From positions 62,001 to 126,000 of the forward strand of contig JAHLTZ010000041.1 of assembly GCA_025786725.1 (NCBI GenBank): 64,000 nt of DNA. The letters run 5' to 3'. This DNA comes from Syncephalis fuscata S228. Its lineage: Eukaryota; Fungi; Zoopagomycota. The notes beneath the pieces were generated by a model. The model was not told the DNA's origin, did no database searches, and saw nothing but the letters and a program-made list of their open reading frames with translations. Of this stretch, positions 27,308 to 41,443 are shown piece after piece. The position numbers and the translations under genes were made by a program. Within the stretch, counting starts at the first letter, position 1, and every line of letters starts with the position of its first letter.

Positions 27308-28214
27308 GATGATAGATATAAGTATAAAGTGTGGAGAAAAATGAAATGGATATTTTTCACACAGTAATGTTTTGTCCACCACTTTTATCTGAATGTCGCC
27401 ATTGTTATAGGTCAAACTATATGGCAAGATGAATCTGGTAATACAATATATTTTTACTACATTATTCATTTACTTTGATATGTTCTATGATATAATTGGT
27501 ATTTTAAGTAGATTGACTTTTATTATTTACACTCCATTTATTAATCACTTAACTCATCTGTCTATAAATATTGACTGACAGGTTTACATCTCACAATCTA
27601 CGTCATCACACTTCCTTTCTCTTTCTTTACACTTGATAGCATATATCCATTGCATATACTTGTACATACCATATATACCATCTAAATAGTGTCAGTAGTT
27701 GACTGACTACTAGTTATGTACAAACACTATTTACACTATGTACTTGCATTGCTCTTTGTAATCTGACCTTTTTTGCAAATCACTTTCCTTGCTCTGATCG
27801 TTGCCGTTAACACTTTTACTGACATAGTAAGTGCATCATTGACTTTACTATATGTTTTTTTGCTATAAACTATTGCAAATCTATAGCGAAATAAAACATA
27901 CTGGGCTTTGGTAGCGTATAGCCGCCATATTCATCATGTACATCTGCTATATAACATTATTATTACAATAATAACCATTTGATATTTATAATAGCAACAT
28001 TGACCCAGTATATATGAATATATTTTATACGCGTTTGTTCTATTGCATCAATGATAACATATTTATAATTACATTTGTCTTTAAAATGTACTAATTTTTA
28101 TTGTTATTTGATCTTTATTACACTTGTATTTTTATATTCGCTCTATCAATAAAACACCATCTTTATTGTTTTTTACGCGTTTTTTGCATTTTGTTTCCAT
28201 TTCCAATATTTACT

Positions 28215-30071
28215 ATGGCAGAACGTCGCACTCGACGTAAGAGAAAAACGGCAGAGATTAGGTAAATAGTTTGGAATTCATATTCTTAATAAAGTATTTA
28301 TGTGGTTTATAACAACTACCATAGTAATGCTCACTATGTTGGCTATGTCGAAGATGGCGAGTCAGTTGAGGCAATTATGAAAAAGTTTGAAGAACTAGAG
28401 CGGCTTCAAGAGGAATTTGCTGCAACGGCCGGCTCAACAACAATGACAACGGCACTGGGCATGAGCGATCCTGTTACAGATGTAGAGGACCCCATGTCGC
28501 TTGATCCCGAAACTGCAGACATGATTGCTGCAATAACCGCCAGCGAAGACGCCATTGGTACTGGCTTTACTCAGGAGCAGTTAGAAGAGGTGTTTAAACG
28601 AACTAGCGCCTTTACAGTTCGTGCAGCACAGAGAAGAACGCATGAGGATGGCGATATGCTTGATGAATTGGATCTACTACGTATGGACATGGAGGGATCC
28701 GAGTTTGACGGAGACTACGAAGAAAATGAGTATGTAGCTATTAGTTCAATAATAGAATGGCGTATATATAACTTCATAATGCTGCATTTATTAGTGACTA
28801 TTTATTTATGGATGAAGATTACTGGGATGAGGTATTTGGACCAGCAGCACTTGCACGACGACCTCGTCCAGCACGTCGGACTGGCGGACAAGGAAGCAGT
28901 GGCAATAATGGTGGTGGTGGAAATGGACGTATGATGGATCGTGATAGTGTATTACAACGATATCGCACAATGCAAGTACGAGTACAAGATCAGCAGGGCA
29001 ATTATCATTTAGTTAAAAAGAAAGTCAGGTAAGTACAGTTGCTAATGAATTGGCTAATATTAACAATTGTTGTAATGATTTGGACGTGTGTCAGTACTAT
29101 CGACCCAAGTTTACCCACTTATATTCGTATTCCAAAGCCAATTCCTGCCACCTGGGCACATCGCATTATTACGCTAGAAGAATATGAGCAATCTGTATTA
29201 GATGGATATCGGTATGTATAATAGCATAATCAAATGAAAGATGTTTAACGATAAATATTGTTTATATTGACTATTAGTTACCATCAAGTATCCAATGTAC
29301 TAGATGTGAATACCGACATGCTAGGAAATGGATATCATGCCATCTATATGGATCCCCCATTGCTGCTACCCAATGAGCCAGCAACGCCAGGGAAACTAAC
29401 TGTAGAACAATTTGTACGTATTTATTAAATAGAGATAGCACTACTAATACAGATCATTTATTGCACATCAGTCGACGCTTAAGGTGGAACAGTTGATTCG
29501 CTATGGATTTCTATTTATATGGGCTGAAAAAGAACTACTGGCCCAAGTAGTACGCGTGGCAATGAAATGGGGATTTAAATACGTAGAAAACTTTTGTTGG
29601 ATTAAAAAGACACCAGATAACCGCATTGTAAAACAGTCATCGGCACATTTTGCTCGCTCGAAAGCAACTCTGCTTATTTTCCGTAAGGTAATGCACATGA
29701 ATAGCATATAAATGGTATCAGTTGCAATTAATTCTACATAATAACTATAAACAACAGGAAGGAGGCGAGATTGATCTAAGACATCAGCGTAGCCCGGATT
29801 GTGTATTTGATTTTATCAAGCCTTACAAAGAAGGTATTGTTAATTGACTAGCATTGGTAAACAATAGTAACCATTATTTGCACTGCTAGGCGACCTTACT
29901 GAGGAAAAGCCCGCATTTACCTACACGATGATGGAGACGATGTTGCCTGGTGCTTGCTACAGCGAACACGACGAAGTAACCGGCATGGTAGGAACTCGTT
30001 TGCTCGAGCTATGGGCACGCAAAGAACCGCGGCTACGTCGACGTGGATGGACAATGGTCGCTCAAGAATAA
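28215..30071 (+). CDS. MT-A70-family protein, MTA9/AMT6-7-like subunit of the DNA 6mA methyltransferase complex
   Basis: IYMDPPL (not DPPW), GFLFIWAEKE, GFKYVENFCW, SKATLLIFRK, DLRHQRSPDCVFD, METMLP and LLELWA. Confidence 0.75.
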
Positions 30072-30102
30072 TAAACTTTATTTTAGTACTAGCATGAATG
30101 TA

Positions 30103-31300
30103 TTAAGACACTATTTTGAATGGAATGTCTGGTTCGATCGTGATAGTACAGTCGGTGTTGGTGGATCTAAATGTACCATATTGATTTTGTGATACTTGGT
30201 ATGCTTCGCCTCCAGCACCGCCTTCGGCCAGGCGGCGTAAAGTAAGGATTTGTGTAGCTACACGATCAGCTTGTAATGGATCGTGGGTTATCCAAATACA
30301 ACCGCCACTGCGAGATAGTATGGTGTCCTCGACCAGTCGGCATGTTTCTGGATCAAGTGCACTTGTTGGCTCTATCGTGTTATTTAATAAATCAGCTATA
30401 TCAATTGCTATTCCAATTATTATAGTGTTGTCATTACCATCAAGTAAAAGTATTTCTGGCTCCAATGCTACAGCAATTGCTAGCGATGCCCGTTGTGCCT
30501 CTCCACCTGATAGACGTGACCAGTCGGCATGCCAGACGGACTCGCTTAGATTCCATTTTAATCCCACGTCAATCTAGATAATAATCAAAGGTGTTTTAGC
30601 TTATTTAAATACCTTATTATTGGATAGCAGCCGACTTACTGGACTTGTAAGTATAGCATCCTGATTGACGGTTCTGTGCCAGTGTTATTAGCTGTATGTT
30701 TATTGTTATTGTCTGTAGTGAGATGTGTATGTTCAGAGGGGGCAGTGGCAGCAGCACGTTTGATAGCTAGCTGTTTTAAACGCTGTCGTTGGCAGCAAAC
30801 GTACACACTCGCTTATAGAAATCAAGCGGTGTTCCTGGAAGTGTGGCTATTGAGGTATTATCACGTTAGCTGTTCTGTACGTCTAAACTACACTTAGTAA
30901 CTACCTGGCCGTTGAGGTACATAGGCAACATGAGTACGCCAAACAGGAATACCAAAATCATCTGGCATTCTAGTCAATTGTCGTATTGAATATCAATTAA
31001 ATTGCAGCATCAATCCTTTCTATTAAAAACCTACCGTCCATCTAATGTTATCGAACCATCGTCTAAATCGTCTAATTGAGCAATACAGCGCAACATTGTT
31101 GATTTACTACCGGTTTTATTAATAAATACCGAGTTAGTATGACCATATACATGTTAAATATACTTTTGTAGCTACCCAACACCGCTTGGTCCACGAATCA
31201 CTAGAATCTCGCCATCTTCTACACCAAATGACACCTCGCGAAACAGTGGAGTACCATCGTCCTTGGTGCGCGTTATATTCTCAGCTTTTAATACAGTCAT
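30103..31300 (-). CDS. Stand-alone ABC ATPase (FetA/YbbL/STAR1-like) with two apparent 1-nt frameshifts
   Basis: GPSGVGKST, WRTHVAYVPQRP, LSGGEAQR, LLLDEPTSALD and IWITHD. No TM domain. The frame breaks near 30790 and 30670. Confidence 0.85.
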
Positions 31301-31862
31301 AAAGATAACAGTAACTGGACAGAATATGGAAAGGTTGAGGTACTTCCGATAAGTAAAAAGCAATAACAGAATAGACAAAAGTCGATTTCAAGTCATTTGA
31401 TAAGGCCCTGCTGTTTCCACGATAATTGATTTGTCTTGGTTCATTCTATTGGCTTTGTTTATTTATAACAGCACTTATAATATAAATAAAAATAATATGT
31501 TATGTTTAGAGTATGGCGAATACTAAATGGTAATATTAAATATGGATTAATTAATAAATGGTTTGTTACTATGACCATGTAAAGAATGCATGTTGATATG
31601 ACCAATATATATATATATATAAATAAAGTATAGAAGCACTATAGCATTAAGTAGCAGCTTAATATTAAATAACAATATTCTAATGTAAAAAATCATTGCA
31701 TTGCTATTCAATATTTAGTTAACAAATGGCCACCTGTTTGTATATTAGTTACATAAAATATTAGTAAACAAATAGTGTAAATCCCATTATTGCTTTTTAT
31801 TTTTAATATCACGTGACTTTATTTTTAGTACAATATGGCAAAAACCTCCAACAAAATATGGA

Positions 31863-31946
31863 GGTGTGTTGGCCGAGCGGTCTAAGGCGCTGCACTCAAG
31901 TTGCAGTCTTCGTATGAAGGCGTGAGTTCGAATCTCACACACACCA
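31863..31946 (+). tRNA. tRNA-Leu(CAA)
   Basis: GGTGTGT/ACACACC acceptor stem, CTGCA-CTCAAGT-TGCAG anticodon arm, long variable arm, downstream TTTTT terminator. Confidence 0.95.
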
Positions 31947-33329
31947 ATATACTTTTTGCAAAAATAATATCATGTAATGGCTGAACAATGTACTATAATA
32001 GCACTTGTTCAGCCAGCATTTTTTATCCAAACCTCTCTGATCAGCTTTCTTTTGCAAAATCGCTACTTGTAGCTATTTAATTCTTTTTACACATTACAGT
32101 AATATGACCATCAATACACATCATTAGCAACATGCTACATCATTTCTTAACTAACAACGGTACGCTAGCCGCTACATGTTACTAAGTTACTTATTGGTGG
32201 CCTTTTAATAATACCATCCACTGCCGTTTATCTATATTATGGTTGTATTGCCATATGGCCAAGTAGCAATCAACTACTTGTTTATTCTTTTCTATCATTA
32301 CTTAACAAATATCCCATTAGCTTTCCTACTACTCTTCCATCTTTATTAAAAAGCTAAACATTAGTTTAAACAGTGTATCTGTATGTTACGCTGCTCTAAA
32401 GCTATATAGCTTATACAATTAATACATAAACTTATAATATAACAATATTTTCTTCTATTATATCAGTTATACAGCGTGAACAAACATGCCATTATCATTA
32501 GTATGTTTTTGTAAATTAGTCTCGTCTAAAACAATCAATGCTTTATTATAATATTGTTATATAGCAACAATGATATCGACTAAAAATATATGTACTGAAA
32601 CAGTACTACTGCTAATAAAGCTGCTAATAATTATTGGAATCGTAATTACGTAATAGGTTACTTAGTATGAATGATGTTTATTTTCTTGTAATTATACAAT
32701 AATAAAGATAAAAAATGCATTGTTATTACTATATATTAATATTAATGTTGTTATTAAAGCCTTAGTATAAATCACGTATTTAGATTGATGCACTTTACTA
32801 TAAGCACTACTATTGCAAGTATTACACCGCTATTCATGTCTTTTTCTATCACGTTAACTAGAACAGATATTTTTGACACTCAATCGCCATTAAGAAAAGT
32901 TGTTTTACATTATGCTTTATCTCTTTCCATGACTTACACAGATTGTTTTCTTACTTATACTGAATATTTTGCTATAAATTATGATTACATATGCCTCTTT
33001 TTATTTACCATATTCCATACCTTGGTTGATATATAGCAAAATGCTTTTACAGTCCGTTGTAATCTTTATGAACATCACAATACCCATGCTGTTGTTTTTC
33101 TTTAGCCATAGATCAGCATACTGGCACAGTAATTGCGATGTTTATAAGATGATGTCACAAAATTTGCTAAATAATAAATAACTGTTCCAATTACATCTTA
33201 GTTAATAAACGGTTTTATAAGATAATATCGCTTAAAAAATTGTATTTATTTTTCTAAAAATGACAAAAAATATAGTCGCATTTCACGGCTACTTAAAAGT
33301 AAAAGATTAGTAAGTAAAACTGGAGCAAA

Positions 33330-33405
33330 AGCACCCGCCCAGATTTGAACTAGGAAAGTATTTTTGCAACCAAAGCGAAAAGATTCTGTATTGCGTACCG
33401 GGCAC
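33330..33405 (-). pseudogene. Degenerate tRNA (Pro-TGG-like) pseudogene
   Basis: GTGCCCG/CGGGTGC acceptor stem, T-arm CCTAG-TTCAAAT-CTGGG, anticodon arm TTCGC-TTTGGTT-GCAAA with one mismatch. The D-arm/box A is eroded. Confidence 0.5.
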
Positions 33406-34369
33406 TGAAATCTTATTACTCATCATGTATATAGCCAAGATTTTGTGTAACCAAGCTGCATATAACTGGCCAATAAAAATCTAATTAAAAGCAGATAAAT
33501 ACTACAAGGCAAGGCAATATTATTTGAAGCTCTCCAATCTTTTAACTAAGCAATATGGCATTGTGGTGCAAGTATTTAATTTTTAACATTTATCCCAATG
33601 TTTCATTAGTGATATCATTACAGGTAATTGTCATAAAGCTTGGTTTATCTGCAATAAAACATTGTTATTGATAATATGTTACATGTAAAACTGTCAGTTA
33701 TGCAATGCTGCTACAAAGTGCTACTATCGCTTATCAAGCAATGCCACCGGATATACAACAACAAATAAAACAGTATACTTTACTGATATTGCAGCAAGTA
33801 TCAATAGCTTAATATTGATTTAGTTCCCATATCCCACTGCCTATAGAATGCGCAACTATATTATGTGTAGTACTATTTAGTTGTTATTTAGCTTATTGCT
33901 ATTTGATTCAATCCCACATAGTTATGCATGCCCTTTAGTTTAGTATACTGCCTTTTGAAATCATATTGCATATGTCGTACCTACTAAACCCACCAGACTA
34001 ACCATGACATCCATATTATTTTATAGAAGTAATTATCATTACAGTGAGTGCATCCTTACATAATCTTACTATATAGATATTGTTAAAATGGTCCGTTTAT
34101 TGGCTACGGCGACTATTTTGACCAAGCTGCGATTGTCCCATTTGCAAACACGTATGACCAGCCACCAAGTATTGTTAGTTATACATTTTGCAAACACTGA
34201 TATCTTCATATTCTAAGCATTGTTTTTCATATAAGTGGAAAACTGCCATAAAACTAATTACTTTTTATTACCAATAAAAAACATGTAAGTTATTCTAACT
34301 CATATTCTATGCATTATGTTTATACTTGCTACTATATTTTTGTAATATCATTATAGTTCATTACAAATA

Positions 34370-35470
34370 ATATCAACGACTTAATTAATTGTCTTATTTA
34401 TTTCCATTATTGCTATTAAACAGTTTATTGCCAATTTATGTGATTTGGGGGTCAAATGATTATTTTTTGTAACATTCGCGCAATTGAACTGCACATTCAA
34501 TCTATTAAGTATAATGATGGGTGGTGAATGACATCAATCATCGAATACTCATCATCATAGATTTATTATCCAGTATGCATGTACTCAGCACACATATATA
34601 CTCTATTCATCTATATTATTCCCATTCTATCCCATACTACTATATATTATTCTACGGTATACTAGACACATTCTATTGTTTATATGTTCCAATATACTTT
34701 ACTCATTCCCCTCATTCCCCTCATTGCACTATACACACTGTAACTTTAACATCGTTTTATATGCTTTCTTACGGTGCATTTATCATTCTATGTATCATTC
34801 TATACTCGCATCGCCTTCCTCTATCCAAAACTGTTTTTATTTTTGTTCTAGCTCTATTATTAATAAATGTCAACTAATTCCGCTTATTGATCATGCATAC
34901 ATGTTCAATAACTTTAACATTGCTAATCGTCAATTTGTACCGTATATTCTTTATATTTTATATCATTTTATTGTCCAATAGCTACGCACTACCTATTGTA
35001 ATTGTTCTTTCTGTTCTAGTTTTACTATTAAAAAAGTTCGACTAATGTCGGTCATTTGCTCATGCATATGTGCTCAATAACTTTAACATTGCTAATCTCT
35101 TTCAATATTGCATATTCATTACAATTTTTATTATTTTATTATATATTGGCCATACGCTGTCTATAACCGTTGTCGGTATGGTTCCAACTCTTTATGAATA
35201 AACATTGACATATTGCACTTAGTCTGTTCACTGAGTTATATTAGTAGAACAAATAATATGGATATGAACGGAGTTATGTTTTATTAAGATTATTTATAAA
35301 TAAACTAGATCATGCTAACTAGTTATGGTTTTAATGCTAATCAAGCAAAGTGATGAGTATAAATAGTAATAACACATACTGTGATAATATATGCATACTA
35401 TATAATTAATCTATAATGATGAGTGTTTGATAACTGATGTCACTCACTACCTACTATCATGTTTAATATA
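34370..35470. mobile_element. TIR-like dispersed element, copy 2 (inverted relative to copy 1, with an internal duplication)
   Basis: Both terminal motifs are present (~34500 CAATCTATTAAGTATAATGATGGGTGGTGAATGACATCA; ~35440-35466 reverse). The module CAATAACTTTAACATTGCTAATC occurs twice (~34907, ~35075). Confidence 0.6.
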
Positions 35471-35778
35471 AAGAATATGTGAGTATATTTGCATGGTATG
35501 TAATTGTCATTTAACACTAAAAGTAAATATAATTATAGCTAATATAATAAAAACTAACGGAAAGTAACTAAACGATGATTTATTACGTTTTTATATTACA
35601 AATTTATAAACAGGTATTATACCCAACTATAGCCAAGTATTTAAAAAAGATATATATAAAATAGGTGGACACAGTATGTATACCAAGTAAATAAAATGCG
35701 TACAAATTAATTACTGCTTTTGTAGATTTTTTCAGTAAGCATATATAGTATATGCATACTAAAATTTTGTCATGGGAT

Positions 35779-35851
35779 GTTCCCGTAGTCTAGTGGTTAT
35801 GACGTTTGCTTTACACGCAAAAGGTCCTTGGTTCGACCCCGAGCGGGAGCA
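35779..35851 (+). tRNA. tRNA-Val(TAC)
   Basis: GTTCCCG/CGGGAGC acceptor stem, TTTGC-TTTACAC-GCAAA anticodon arm, GGTTCGACCCC, TTTTT terminator. Confidence 0.95.
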
Positions 35852-36915
35852 TGACATTTTTGCATCGTTTAACAGCGTGCAACTAATTTTTTACTATTTT
35901 TGAGTGTAAAAGCAGTCACGCCAATATATTTGGACCGCTGTAAAGTCAAACAAGCGGCATTAAAGTGTACAGCATGCTATGTGTACAATAAATACTTATT
36001 GCTTAATTATTTCTAACGTTAATACAATTATACTTAAAACAATACAACACGCGATAACTAGAGTGCAGCAGAATAGTAGGTGGAGTGGCAGAGAAGAGTT
36101 TGTAAATAAGAAATAGCAATTTGTTTATTATAGGTGTGCTATATAGCTAGTTAAACGTTAGCCCATTGTAGCTGTTTATAGTTATTGTGCTGTGAATAAT
36201 ACAGAATAGACGTAAAAGCAATATTAATATATAGGTACGTATAGCAAGGTAATTTTATAGCTAGTATAATCGCTGACAGCCTAGAGCATTGCATCAACCA
36301 TCTCAGTAATGGTTACATAGTATAGTACGCGATTGGAATAATATTTTGTATCGATAGTTGTTTATAGGCATGGTGTATAGCATGGCATGTGTAAAATAAA
36401 TAAACATTTATTAGTGTTTGAAGCTATTATAATTTAATTGATTAATGTATTTAAATAACACAATAGTAATAAAATAAGTAAACCAACTTGCATAGCTTAT
36501 AACAGCGTATTTAGTATTATAAGCAATAAAATCAATACTGCTATTTTTAAATTATAAACAGTATAGTCATGTTTTATAATAATGCTATTTATTAAAGTGT
36601 TGTTTAACTAAATAAATGGCATAACTAATTGGATTTATAAACCCACCGATTCTGTCTATTGACTTGAATCTTAGTAGTAATTAATAGCCATTGGCTACAG
36701 CTGGATGTATTAATTTGTATTGGTATTATTATTGGTATTATTATAGACTGGTGTCCAATAAGATGTACTGCTGTTAATTAGTGCAGTTGTTTTAATAAGG
36801 TCGGGAAATAATGATAACACATAATTAACAAAAAATATGGAATAATAAATGCATTGGTAGATGAATAAACAAATACGAACAAACAAACAATCAAGTAGTA
36901 GATTGAATAGTATCC

Positions 36916-39900
36916 TTATGATACTAAAGCAATATTGTACCATTCCTCTTCGCCGCTGGCCGGTGCTTCCTTCGACGATGTTGTGCGGCGGCTCTTCTTA
37001 CCCGATACGGCTGTTCGACGCTTTTTAAGAAAACCGTTATCGGTCATCATTTCTTCAAGCACAGTTTCATTGGCAATTTCTACTGCACCTTTAGTGCGGC
37101 AGTACGCTTTGTAGGCCGAGTAAAGCTGCGCAGCTGGTACAAAGGAATAAGGACGCATTTCAAGTTGTTCATCTACAAATTGATCAAATATATCAACCAA
37201 ATCTGGCGTCACTTCCGTTAGTACTTGTAAATGTGTTGTACTGTGTGATCCAGGTAGTCCGCGTAAATCAGCATCGACCGATCCTTCCGAGTCGGAGTCA
37301 TCATCATCTTCTTCCTCTTCTTCATCGTCGTCTTCCGATGCAGTACTAATATCGTCAATATTGCCTCGAGATGATTGGCGTAGATGGTTTTGGTGTTGAT
37401 CTGTTGCACGTCGATTAATCGCTGCTGTTGTGGCCGGATCTTCCAAGCCCGTAACTGGCATTAGGCCGGGTGAAGAGCCAGGTGTAGATACTCGGCTATG
37501 CATAAACGAGGATGGAATACCCAGCAACGAGCCATCTCCGGCCATAGATGTAGATGATAGATTTGGCAATTGAGTACCAATCATTCCAAATTGGCCATCA
37601 ATTGTATTCATCATTAATTGTTGCTGTTGCTGTTGTTGCTGTTGCATTAGCAGTTGTTGCTGTTGCATTTGTAACATTTGTTGTTGTTGTTGTTGTTGCT
37701 GTTGTTGTTGCTGTGTAATATTCAGCAACAATACTTGTCACTGTCTTCCATCATCATCATACCAGGTCCCATCATACCAGGATTAGCACCCATTGGCATG
37801 CCACCCTGCATTATGCTCATATTACCGGCGGCAAGTGGCATATTTGACATACGTCTACGTATCATTTCATCTTGCACAAATGCATTTTGACGTTGCTGTT
37901 CAAGCCAGCGTTCCTTTTCGCGTTCAAGTGCTCGTTCCCGTTCCCGTTCCGGATCATGTCGTGGTGGGCCGTAGGCAGCATTGCTATACTTGTTAGCTGC
38001 CTTCCTTTGTTCTCTAGCGTGAATAGCGCCTACAAGACCGGTGGTCTGTGCTTGTTTACGCTTCTCCTTAAGCTGTACTAGTGGGCCACCTCGTTGTCCA
38101 CCCACATTACCAGGTAGACCAGTCATGCCAGGCAGGCCATGCATATTTTGATGCTGTTTTGCTGCATCATGCGCCGCTAATAACGAGTTCTGTTGTGGCT
38201 TAAATTCACCCATTAATGGGCCTGAATAGTCAAATCCAGCCTCTTGAGCCATGGCCATGCGCTGCATATGATCTTCACCATAATTCATAAAACGCGAATT
38301 GGACCTCATACCATTCATGACACTTTGGTTGTCGTCGCCATAGGCACTGCCTGGACCACTGCCCATACCGCCGTTGTAAATACTGCCACTACCTTGACTA
38401 AACATAGAAATACGATTGTGGCCCATGAATGGTGCCATTGGCGGTTGCATCATGCCTCCAGTCTGGGCCATAAACATTTGCTGCTGTTGTTGTTGCTGTT
38501 GCTGTTCCCACCGCCAACGTTCTTCTGGTGTCATAAATTCCATACCAGGTATTGGTTGTATCGAATCAAGTGAACCGCTCATCATATGACTTACAGGACG
38601 CATTTGATTCAATGGATGGCCAACTGATGCAGGTCCGGCAGCTGGCATCATCATTGAAGGGTCATTGCCACGGAAAGCTGGATAAGCTGGCGTTGACTCT
38701 AATAAATGAGCTGATTGTGGTCTATTTGCTGCCATTAATGGCAATGTACCCTCTATTCATTGTTATTAGTAATATTAATCAATACTGTATTTGTAATTAC
38801 CTGAATTATTTGATTGCCAGTCAAATGGCATTGATGGTCGACGTCCTTCGTTAAGTAAAGGAACACTGCCAGTACGTGGACGAACTGGCGACTCTGTTTC
38901 GCCAGTATTATTAAGTGTAGCCGTTTTGTTATCCATATTAGTATTCGTATTATCTTCATCGTCATCATCGTCATCCTCCTCCTCCTCTTCACTATCCGAC
39001 GGTAATGGCATTTGTGATTTGGCCAATCGTCGATTGCGTCTTTTAGCTGCAGCACTAAGCGGTGCTTCAGGCTTTTCTTCTGTAGGCGTAGTAGTGATTG
39101 TAGCAGTTGTATTAGTATCTGCAGCAGGTGCATTAGGATCCATATTAAGGAATGATAAGTTAATATCTGACGATATAAGTCCACCCATAGAAGGCAGTAG
39201 ATTATTTGTATCTACTGGTAGTGCATTTGCACCAGCTGTTGCCGCTAATGGTTGCGACAACTTATCTGTTTTCACTTCTTCTTTTTCTTCATCGTCATCC
39301 TCTTCCGGCTCTTCATCCTCTTCATCGTCATCTTCTTCAGAGTCGCTGGCCATTGGACGAGCTGCTTTACGTTGTCGTTGTGTCTTTTTCGCCACTTTAT
39401 CCGGTGTAGCATTAACATCGCTCAGTGTATGGCCATGTAGACTATCACCCATCAAATCGCTACTCATAGATGGTATACCAGGCAGTAAAGGTAAGGCCAT
39501 TTGAGATGATATTGATGTCTGTGCTGTAGACATTTGACGGTCATGTCCACCGCCGCTACTATTAATATTTTGATTAATAACCGATGCTGATGATACAGAT
39601 GTATTGGCCGAGTGTCCAGGATGGCCTGCATTATAATTATACTGCATAGGATTGCTATCTCGTGGATGATGCATGCTTTCACTAATAGGTCCATTGTTGG
39701 GATTGGTATTAGTGTTGGCAGCCAATGGTGACCGGGTATGTGGATTACGTTCGTTGAATGTAGAATTACGAGAGCCAGGCGGGGATGGCGTGCCCATTTG
39801 CTGTTGTATCGGCGGAGGTGGAGCTGGAGAATAGACATTTGGATTCATTGGTGGTATTGGCGTTGTACTATGCATACTTGGATTGTGAACATGGCCTTGT

Positions 39901-41443
39901 CGATGACTAGATGGAGCAAATATGCCTGAATGCTGCATATTTGCATGTGGCGAACTGGCAGTGCTACTCATACTGCCACCGCTACGACCCATTGTTGGGG
40001 GACGAGGTGCAAATGGTGATGCGGCACTAGTATCCGTATTTGGATTACCGATTGGTGAACGTTGGCGTTGTTGTAGCTTTTCACCAGCAATACGATCGAA
40101 TATCTGTTTTGTCGCTGCTAAACTATGGCCATCCACTGGAACGTTGGCCACATCGACTGGATCCAAATAAAGGCTACGTTCATCAGGCAATGGTATAATC
40201 TGTGGCATACCTGGACAGCCGTAAAGATAAAAGGCATCGTGGACTGCTCGTAGCCAACGGGCCATTTCAGCCGGTGCCGGTGCCATTAACTGGACAAATG
40301 CCGGTAATGGCGATGCCTCTTCACCTTGTGTGACTAGACCTTCAAGTTTATGAATAGTCGATAAATCAACTAATTGCGGCTTTTCCGGATAGATTGCATA
40401 GGCCTGTGATATATTGGTCATGACAAGAATGGGCTTTTTAGAACGTTTAGAGTCCATGAATACGATACGAGGCACCGGGCCGGTCACATCAATCACTGTC
40501 CAGTATTTCTTCCATTCTGTACTGCCGGTGGCACGTGCTTGTAGCCAGCCTTCAGTACGCTTTCCGGCCCGTGTCGATGCCCCTTGCTAAATACCGGTCG
40601 GCTCATTAATGCTTGCGTGTAGATTTCACACAAATGTGTCACTTCATAACAGGCAAGGCGAATGCAACGCACCCAAGCCGATAGCACTTGTGGCCCAGTA
40701 GCCTCAAGGTAGAATCGATTAGCACCAGCTGTATTAAGGTTAAATACAAAATGGCGTCCTTCTACCATACCAACTACATCAGCCACCGAGTCTGTAATAT
40801 TGATGTAGTTGGGCACTGTTTGTGACTTGAGTGCATCAAGTGCTTGTGGATCACGAAGTAGCTGTAAACGGCTTGCTTCATCCGACAGATCATTAATGGT
40901 CCAGAAGGTAAGCACAGGACCGCGTAATTCGACATACCACGATGTCCAATCGCGCACACTAAACGGTTTGCCATCTGGCATAACCTCATTCTTTTTGTTA
41001 AGCAATCCACGCATGTACACTTTGTTGGTAAAGGTGAAAAAGCGTTGTGCAACCGGTAGAATCTCTGAAGGCACACCGGCCCCATTGAACGCCAATGGAT
41101 CTTGCGGTGATAGTCCAGCACTGGGCGAAGATACTAATTAAAGGTAATTAAATAATTAGATGGTAATTAGTAATTAGTAAATAGTAATCAGTAAATAGTA
41201 AATAGTAATCAGTATTATATAATAACTATTAAACATAAATAGCAATTTGTAATTTATACACCATCAATTACAGCACTATTGCTATTGGTGTAATAAATAT
41301 GTTATTAATAACTTACCCGTACTATCCACGGGTGTACTAGCTTGTACTTCATTTGCAGCGTCACTAGCAAGCGACATTGCTTGCATTTGTTCTGTTAATG
41401 CCTGGTTGCCACCAGCATTAGCAGTAGCAATTGATTCGCTCAT
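36916..41443 (-). CDS. Skg3/Caf120-like tandem PH-domain protein with long low-complexity tail (two apparent 1-nt frameshifts)
   Basis: PH motifs RDWTSWYVELRGPVLTFW, PNYINITD, LNTAGANRFYL, WVRCIRLACYE, EGWLQARATGSTEWKKYW, QAYAIYPEKP and RWLRAVHDAFYLYG; also GLVGAIHARE. The frame breaks near 40570 and 37735. Confidence 0.8.

Noticed and set aside
34521-34981. Mutually similar hydrophobic ORFs (20221-20418, 34521-34877, 47483-47701, 52880-53275) as a gene family
   Set aside because: They are translations of the AT-rich dispersed repeat, with frames and stops not conserved between copies.
38926-39504. Antisense ORFs (e.g. 38926-39504, 62661-62996, 2716-2904)
   Set aside because: These are shadows of low-complexity codon runs in real genes on the opposite strand.
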